Assembly (NCBI GenBank): GCA_963674965.2
Contig: CAXXFL010000003.1
Span: 352,001 to 416,000, forward strand
From: a bacterium
GTDB taxonomy: Bacteria > RBG-13-61-14 > DATKZS01
Length of the DNA: 64,000 nt
Direction of reading: 5' to 3'
The position numbers were made by a program, and so were the translations under genes. Of the stretch, positions 57,460 to 64,000 are shown one piece after another (positions within the stretch are counted from its first letter, which is position 1; each line of letters starts with the position of its first letter). A model generated the notes under the pieces. It ran no database searches and was not told the DNA's origin. It saw nothing but the letters and a program-made list of their open reading frames with translations.

Positions 57460-59616
57460 TTATGCTCCCGTCGTCTCTTTGACTTCATCGAGGGGACAGA
57501 CCGTGACGAGCGGACATTCCTTCTCGTCGGAACCCTTGTGGGCCTTGTCGAATATGGCCGCGATGGCGGCCGCCTGGGTGGGGAAGATGTGGTCATCCCC
57601 GATCTTCTCGTAAAGGTGGGTCCGCTTCATGAGCAGAAGCACGTCCTCCTTGACGCCGCTGATGGAAAAGTCGTGACCCGCGCTCCTCACGTTGTCCACC
57701 ACCAGCGACATGACCTCCTCACCGGACGCGTCCATGGCGTTGATGCCGTTGGCCACGAGAAGGATGTGACGAAGCTCCGGCATGGCGCTCACGCGGTCGA
57801 TGATCAGGTCCTCGAAGTAGCTGGCGCTGGCGAAGAACAGCGGGCCGTCGAACCGGATCACGGCTATGTGTTTGCACTCTCTCAACGACCAGTGCTCGGC
57901 GTCCCTCAGCGAGCAGTCGGGATGGAGCGAAAGGTGGGCCACTTTGGGCCTCATGCTGATATAGAGGAAATAGCCCAGCGACAGGAGAACGCCCACGATG
58001 ATGCCCTTGTCCAGATGGGGCGCCCAGGCCAGCGTGCCAAGAAAGGAAACCACCGAGATGATCCCGTCCACTTTGTGAGTTTTATAGGCGTGAATAAAGC
58101 CGCTCACGTTCACCAGGCCGATGACGGCCATCATGATGACGGCGGCCAGGGTGGCCTGGGGAAGGAAATAAAGGAGCGGCGTGAAGAAAATAAGCACGAT
58201 CACCACCATGCAACTCGTGACCACGCTGGATATGCCGGTAAGCGCCCCCGCCTGGAGGTTGACCGCCGACCTCGAGAAGGACCCGGACGTGGGATAGGAC
58301 TGGCCCACCGAGCCCAGGATGTTGGCGATGCCCTGTCCGATCAGCTCCTGGTTGGGATCGAGGTATTGTCCGGTCTTGGCCGCCATGGCCTTGGCGATGG
58401 ATATGGCCTCCATGAATCCGAGCAGCGAGATGATGATGGCCGTGGGAAGAAGCAAAAGGAAGTCGGATAGATTTATCCTGGGCACGGCCAGCTTGGGAAG
58501 ACCCTTGGGAATGGTACCCACGATGGCGCCGCCGCCGATCATGTAGAGGTTGTCCGGGTCGATCTCCTTGGTTCCCACCTTGATCCTCCACACGCGTCCG
58601 TCCGTCTGGGCGCCCTCGGGCGCCTCGCCCTTTTTATAGAAGCGCATGGTCCCGTCCGGGCCCGGGACCCCGTCCAGGAAGATAAGGCGCATCTTTTCCC
58701 TGGCCACGTGGCTCTTTTGCTCGAGGTGCTCGATCTCGAGGTTGATCTTCTCGACGCGCTGGGAGAGTTCGAGGTACTCGATGGATTTCTCGCCGCTTTT
58801 CTCCTTGACCTCCAGCAGCTTGGGAGTCAGGGTGGCCCTTTCCTCGCCCAGGGCCGCCGTCTCGGCCACGGTATCGTCGAAGTCCTTGATGAGCTGGCGT
58901 ATCTCATCGACCTCGACGCTCGAGAGGGTGGCCTTTGTATCGTGGTTGAAGCCGGCCAGCCAGGAAATAAGAGTGGTCACTATAACGGCCACCAGCACGT
59001 TGGGTATCTTGGGATTGATTTTTCTCAGGACGTACATGATGGCGAAGGCCAGGACGCCCATGGCCAGGGTGGGCCAGTGGGTGTACTGGAAGGCCGACTC
59101 GACCACGCCAATGATGGTCTCGTAATGGTGCTCCGCGCTGTCCACGTAAACGCCGAAGAGCTTCGAGAGCTGGGAGGTGGCGATGATGATGGCGCCCGCG
59201 TTGGTAAAGCCGTTGACCACCGGGTGGGAGAGGAAGTTGACCACCAGGCCCAGCCTGAGCACGCCCAGGGCCAACTGGAAAACTCCCACCGTAAAGGCCA
59301 GGGCGATGGTATAGGCTATGTAGCCCGCGCTGCCGGCCGTGGCCAGGGGCCCGAGGGAGGCGGCGGTCATAAGCGACACGATGGCCACCGGGCCGGTGGC
59401 GAGCTGCCTGCTCGATCCGAACAGGGCCGCGAACATGGGCGGCAGGAAAGAGGCGTAAAGCCCGTAATAAGCGGGCAGACCCGCCAACTGGGCGTAGGCC
59501 ATGGACTGGGGAATAAGGACCAGCGCCACGCTCAAGCCGGCCAGGAAATCGACTCGGAAAGAGGAAAGGCCGTAGCCCTTGAACCACGTGAGGAAAGGAA
59601 ATACGCGTTTAATCAT
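57460..59616 (-). CDS. SulP/SLC26 anion transporter with STAS domain
   Basis: DFLAGLSVALVLIPQSMAYAQLAG, GSSRQLATGP, NQELIGQG, GSFSRS, FDGPLFFA. Confidence 0.92.
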   Translation of the reverse strand: MIKRVFPFLTWFKGYGLSSFRVDFLAGLSVALVLIPQSMAYAQLAGLPAYYGLYASFLPPMFAALFGSSRQLATGPVAIVSLMTAASLGPLATAGSAGYIAYTIALAFTVGVFQLALGVLRLGLVVNFLSHPVVNGFTNAGAIIIATSQLSKLFGVYVDSAEHHYETIIGVVESAFQYTHWPTLAMGVLAFAIMYVLRKINPKIPNVLVAVIVTTLISWLAGFNHDTKATLSSVEVDEIRQLIKDFDDTVAETAALGEERATLTPKLLEVKEKSGEKSIEYLELSQRVEKINLEIEHLEQKSHVAREKMRLIFLDGVPGPDGTMRFYKKGEAPEGAQTDGRVWRIKVGTKEIDPDNLYMIGGGAIVGTIPKGLPKLAVPRINLSDFLLLLPTAIIISLLGFMEAISIAKAMAAKTGQYLDPNQELIGQGIANILGSVGQSYPTSGSFSRSAVNLQAGALTGISSVVTSCMVVIVLIFFTPLLYFLPQATLAAVIMMAVIGLVNVSGFIHAYKTHKVDGIISVVSFLGTLAWAPHLDKGIIVGVLLSLGYFLYISMRPKVAHLSLHPDCSLRDAEHWSLRECKHIAVIRFDGPLFFASASYFEDLIIDRVSAMPELRHILLVANGINAMDASGEEVMSLVVDNVRSAGHDFSISGVKEDVLLLMKRTHLYEKIGDDHIFPTQAAAIAAIFDKAHKGSDEKECPLVTVCPLDEVKETTGA

Positions 59617-60011
59617 AACAACCCTTCTTCATTCGGCGCCAATACTGCTAAAGGAAAATTTTGACCCCGGGATAATAGAGGTTTTGAATTATACATGATT
59701 TCAGCCGCTTTGGCAATTATAAAGGGCGATATGGATAGAGGATTGTCACGGCGACTTAAGGCTTCAAGGCCGAGGTCATTGCCATTCGCGCCATTTCGCC
59801 CATTCCATCCGATAAGTCGCGCGGCATCTAAGTGGGTCGGCCGTTCGCGGGTCATGATTTATTCGCTTGACTTCTTTTCAGGACCGCGGCAAAAACGCGT
59901 CCGCTTCCGATCGGCGAAGGGACCGATATTTACGATCACGACCGGAAAAAACGGAAGGCGAATGGAGACGGCCGCGGTTTTTGGAAAAACCGCCTCCGAT
60001 AATAAATACCC

Positions 60012-60253
60012 TTACCCGTTCCTTTCGATTTTTTTGATCAGGAAATCAACCACCGCCGGGTCGGCCAGGGTCGATGTATCGCCTATGTTCTCCGTGTCTC
60101 CCGAGGCGATCTTCTTGAGGATGCGCCTCATGATTTTGCCCGACCGGGTCTTGGGAAGAGCGTTGGTGAACTGAATCTCGTCGGGCGTGGCGATGGGTCC
60201 GATCTCTTTGCGGACGCGGACATTGACGTTATCTCTTTTTCTTGCTCGGACAT
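60012..60253 (-). pseudogene. acs: Acetyl-CoA synthetase remnant (internal deletion)
   Basis: RBS + [11 protein letters not shown] joined out of frame to [56 protein letters not shown]. Confidence 0.85.
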
Positions 60254-60336
60254 GCCTTCTCCTCCTTATCGTCGGTATCGTGCTCGTCGAATTTCAATAA
60301 TACTCGATTATAATCCGAACGCTACATTGAGGCTTA

Positions 60337-62247
60337 TCAATATTTCATGGCCGTCTCGTATCCGGCCTTTACGGCCGAGAAGATATCCGCCGTTTCCCAG
60401 GCGTCCCCTATTACCACGATCCGCGAGACCATGGACGCGATCTCCCGAGGCGGCGCTCCCCTCGGGTTGGTTCCCGCGCAAATGACGACCGCGTCAAAAG
60501 GAGGAAGCCGTTTTTCCTCGCCATTGCTGTTTACGCGAGTTCCATCCCGGCCTAACTCCAAAACCGACGTGAGGGGCATGAGCGATATTCCGGGGTCCTT
60601 GCTTATGCGCGCAAGCGCCAGCTTTCTCGATATGGGTTCCATGAAGCTTCCCAGGTCATCGGAGCGCTTGGTGGCCACGACTTCTTTACCCTGGCCTCCC
60701 AGTTTCTCCGCCAGCTCCAGACCGTTTCGGCCCGCGCCGACGATCAGGACCCTGTCGCCCTTGATTTCCTTCTTATCGATAAAAAAGTCGGCGCAGGTCA
60801 TCCAGTTGACCTTGTCCATGCCGGGAATGGACGGAACGTTTGAATTTCCGCCCACGGCCCAGACCAGGAGATCGGGCCTTATCTCATCTACCAGGTCCTT
60901 GTTTACCTCGCGTCCCAACATCAGATTGACCCCGGCGAGATGGGCCGCGGAGAAAAAGGCCCTTAAAGGATTGGCCATGCTTTCCTTGCCCGGGGCGTCG
61001 GAGGCCGAGATGGCGGCCCCCCCCAGCTTCTCGGACTTCTCGGCCAAGGTGACTTCATGTCCGCGTCCGGCCAGGTACCTGGCGGTGGTCACGCCGGCCG
61101 GTCCGCCTCCCGCCACCAGGACTCGAAGCGGGCTCTCCGATTTATCGACCTCGGCCGAGGCTACCTCAGGGTTGAAGTTGCATCCGATGCCTTCCCCTTT
61201 CTTCACCCTTACCAGGCAGCCTTGCAGACAATAGCCGCAGGGTTGGATGGGGTCTTTGTTTTCACCCGACCACTTGGAGATAAGGTCGGGGTCAGCGATG
61301 AGGGGCCTTCCCAGGGCCACCATGTCGGCGGTATTTTCCTCGATGATTTTCCCGGCCCTCTCGAGACTCCCCATGCGGCCGGCCGCGATAACGGGCAATC
61401 CACCGGCCTTTTTAATCCTGGCCAGGGCATCCTCCTGCGGCTTCGTGGGAAGCGACATCTGGTGGAAGTACCAGGGTGGAGAAAAACATTGGGAGCCCAT
61501 GCCAACGTGGACGGCGCAAAAGCCAGCCTCCCTCGCCATATTGACGACCTTGTCAACGTCCTCCGGAGGAAGGCTTTTATCCGGGGCCATCTCCGACCCG
61601 GAAACCCGGATGATGAGGGGAAGACCCCCGCTATTGTCAGCCGCGGCCTTTATAACCTTGCGCGCCAAAAGGAACCGGTCCTTACCGTACTCGTCGTCAC
61701 GCGCGTTCAACTTCGGGTTCAAAAACTGCGCGACCAGGTAGCCATGGCCCGCTTGAAGCTCGATGAAGTCGAATCCGGCGGGACCGGCCTTTTGGGCCGC
61801 CGAGCCGAAAGCGGCGATGATGGACTCGATTTGGGAGATCGGCAAAGCCTCGGCCTCGGCGCCAGCGGCGGGACAAGTAAAGGACGAACACGACCCGGGA
61901 CGTCCGCCGATCACCCTCGGGTTGGCCGCCGCCCCGGCGTGATTCAGGTGAAGGCACGCCTTGCGGCCGCTCGAGTGTATGACGTCCACTATTTTTTTAA
62001 GCTCGGTTACGGAACCATCCCCGGTTATCTGGAGTTGCCTGGGATGCTCCCGGCCATCGGCGGTGACCGCGACCGGCTCGAGTATTATCAGGCCCGGACC
62101 GTTGTCGGATATGTTTCGGTAGAAGTTCAGGTGGGCCTCGGTCACCCCGCCACCCGGGTTTCCCAGGGCGGTCTTGATGGGGGGAAAAACGAAGCGGTTG
62201 GCAAGTTTCACTCCTCCCAGTTCGTAGGAAGAAAATAAAGCGTTCAT
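60337..62247 (-). CDS. NADH:flavin oxidoreductase (old yellow enzyme + Fe-S + FAD domains)
   Basis: LANRFVFPP, HLNHAG, GFDFIELQAGHGYL, CGYCLQGC, GGGPAG. Confidence 0.88.
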   Translation of the reverse strand: MNALFSSYELGGVKLANRFVFPPIKTALGNPGGGVTEAHLNFYRNISDNGPGLIILEPVAVTADGREHPRQLQITGDGSVTELKKIVDVIHSSGRKACLHLNHAGAAANPRVIGGRPGSCSSFTCPAAGAEAEALPISQIESIIAAFGSAAQKAGPAGFDFIELQAGHGYLVAQFLNPKLNARDDEYGKDRFLLARKVIKAAADNSGGLPLIIRVSGSEMAPDKSLPPEDVDKVVNMAREAGFCAVHVGMGSQCFSPPWYFHQMSLPTKPQEDALARIKKAGGLPVIAAGRMGSLERAGKIIEENTADMVALGRPLIADPDLISKWSGENKDPIQPCGYCLQGCLVRVKKGEGIGCNFNPEVASAEVDKSESPLRVLVAGGGPAGVTTARYLAGRGHEVTLAEKSEKLGGAAISASDAPGKESMANPLRAFFSAAHLAGVNLMLGREVNKDLVDEIRPDLLVWAVGGNSNVPSIPGMDKVNWMTCADFFIDKKEIKGDRVLIVGAGRNGLELAEKLGGQGKEVVATKRSDDLGSFMEPISRKLALARISKDPGISLMPLTSVLELGRDGTRVNSNGEEKRLPPFDAVVICAGTNPRGAPPREIASMVSRIVVIGDAWETADIFSAVKAGYETAMKY

Positions 62248-62281
62248 TTTTAGCCTCCTTGTCTTGCTCGGCGGGCGCGCG

Positions 62282-63691
62282 TCAGCCCAATATCCCCACG
62301 GCTCGCATGGCCGACTCGACGATGGCGTTTTTGGCCGGGAAAAAGGTCTGCCAAGGTTGGGAACTGTAGCTGAACTCGGCCAGGTCCTCGGCGGTCATGC
62401 GATGTTGCGCGGCGAGGGTCACCAGGTCAACGCGCTCCGCCACCGCGTCCGTGCCCACGATCTGTCCTCCCAGTATCCGGTTGCTCCCCTTTTCAATGAC
62501 CAGCTTGACCTTGACGTGGCCGGCGCCGGGCATCATGGGAAACCGCGTGGCCGACTCCCCGTGGGAGACGTAGGTATCGAAGCCTCTCGACCGCGCCAGG
62601 CTCTCGGTAAAACCCGTTCCCGCGACGCGCAGCTGGCCAACCACAGTGGCCGCCCCGTTGAAGAACCCCTTGTATCGGGCCGGCTTGCCCACCATGTCGA
62701 GAGCAGCTATCTTGGCCATGGGAACGGCGTTCGTGGCCAGCTTGCCGCCCAGAGGCTCGCCGTCAATGCCCGAGATATACTGAACGCAGTCGCCGGCCGC
62801 CCAGACCTTGTCCGCGCTGGTCCTCATGCGGTCGTCCACGATGATGCCGTCCTTGCCCGACTCTATCCCCGCCGCGCGGAAAACGTCTATGTCCGGACGC
62901 ATTCCAACCGCGACGGTGGCGAAATCATGCCCCTCATTGAGCTCGATCATGGTCCCATCCGTAAGCTCGACTTGGGCGACGGCTTTATTCCCGTGAAAAG
63001 CCATAAGTCCCTTGCCCAGATGAAGATGGACCCCAGCTTTTTTAAGTTCCCCGATAATCGGCTCCGCCATGTCGCGGTCGATCAGTTGCGGCAGCGGATA
63101 CTCGGCTATGTCCACGAGGTGGACCTCGATGCCGCGGTTAACGTAGGCCATGGCCTGCTCGACGCCGATGGCCCCGGCCCCGATCACCACCGCGCGGGCG
63201 CAGTTCCCCCCGCATTCGGTCTTTTTGGTGACGTCGCAATCGCGGCCCTGAATGGCGGCGATAACGGCCTCGGCGTCCTTGCCGGTCTTGACCGTGTAAA
63301 CGTTGGCCAGGTCCACGCCGGGAACGGGAGGCTTGACGGGCACGGCCCCCGCGGCTATCAAAAGCTTGTCGAATCCGACCCTCCGGCCGCTCTCGAAAAA
63401 GCACTCCCTTGCGTTCAGATTGAGCTTGACCGCTTTTTCCCTGATGAGCTCGGCGCCAACGCCCGTTACCAACTCGTCGGTCTTAAAACACTTGTTCAGC
63501 GGAAACAAGCCCTCGATGGCGTAGGGAAGCGCGCAGTAGATAATCGAATAATCCTCGGGCCGAGCCACGGCTATGGTGGCGTCGGGATCATGGGTTTTGA
63601 TCAGGCGAGTCGCCTGAATCCCGGCGGGACCGCCGCCGACGATCAGTACGTCAACCTCGCTCGCCGCGTCTTTAACTTCATTTTCTCGCAT
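62282..63691 (-). CDS. FAD-dependent pyridine nucleotide-disulfide oxidoreductase (CoA-disulfide reductase/NADH oxidase-like)
   Basis: Start ATG 63691; GGGPAG, YCALPY single redox Cys, GAGAIG, WAAGDC, RILGGQ. Confidence 0.85.
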   Translation of the reverse strand: MRENEVKDAASEVDVLIVGGGPAGIQATRLIKTHDPDATIAVARPEDYSIIYCALPYAIEGLFPLNKCFKTDELVTGVGAELIREKAVKLNLNARECFFESGRRVGFDKLLIAAGAVPVKPPVPGVDLANVYTVKTGKDAEAVIAAIQGRDCDVTKKTECGGNCARAVVIGAGAIGVEQAMAYVNRGIEVHLVDIAEYPLPQLIDRDMAEPIIGELKKAGVHLHLGKGLMAFHGNKAVAQVELTDGTMIELNEGHDFATVAVGMRPDIDVFRAAGIESGKDGIIVDDRMRTSADKVWAAGDCVQYISGIDGEPLGGKLATNAVPMAKIAALDMVGKPARYKGFFNGAATVVGQLRVAGTGFTESLARSRGFDTYVSHGESATRFPMMPGAGHVKVKLVIEKGSNRILGGQIVGTDAVAERVDLVTLAAQHRMTAEDLAEFSYSSQPWQTFFPAKNAIVESAMRAVGILG

Positions 63692-63850
63692 AACATTACC
63701 CCCTTCCGGTTCTTGTTTTTTAATGAGATCAATTTTTGTGCCTGGAGTAACCAAAAAAAGATCTATATTATCCAAGTAACTTGTTTATAAGGACTATCAG
63801 CTGGAATATCTTCGATCGTTAATGAGGGGCGGATATATATTAAAGTAACG

Positions 63851-63873
63851 GTTAACGTTATGATAACGTTAAC
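63851..63873. promoter_or_regulatory. Palindromic operator candidate
   Basis: GTTAACGTTAT-G-ATAACGTTAAC perfect inverted repeat in the AT-rich region upstream of the two oxidoreductases. Confidence 0.55.
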
Positions 63874-64000
63874 TTGATAAAGTCTTGGTTTCGTAAAGTG
63901 GATATAAACGGGCTGGTTTGAAAGTCGAATTTCTCCATGGGCGCTCCGTCTAAAGATATACGGCGTCCCGCGGCAAGGGCTTTCTCAATGTTTTGCCCCT

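Overview
GC-rich bacterial chromosomal window. Gene content suggests an anaerobic deltaproteobacterium-like (Desulfobacterota/Myxococcota-type) organism, but that is inference only. It is dominated by acyl-CoA/lipid metabolism: two thiolases, an HMG-CoA-synthase-like/DUF35 fusion, two acyl-CoA dehydrogenases, two SCP2 proteins, etfAB, an ACAD10/11-like kinase + dehydrogenase pair, a four-subunit 2-oxoacid:ferredoxin oxidoreductase operon and coaBC. It also carries signalling proteins (REC-GGDEF, TPR-Ser/Thr kinase, MerR-TetR), envelope glyco-enzymes and a tRNA-Pro(CGG). Main points of interest: (1) an AT-rich ~540-550 aa gene with two RxxxxH (HEPN-like) motifs, broken by two near-identical IS copies (each with a TAAATA target duplication), one of which carries a nested IS3; (2) a patchwork at 18.3-19.2 kb where a 563-bp inverted copy of 40707-41269 ends exactly at a 15-bp TGTCCCCAGAACCCC tandem repeat and abuts an unrelated ankyrin fragment; (3) a Cys-less HMGS-like/DUF35 + thiolase + UbiA cluster; (4) a Zn-ligand-less PMI homologue; (5) an acs gene reduced to its two ends. 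All product calls come from reading motifs by eye; no database searches were run.
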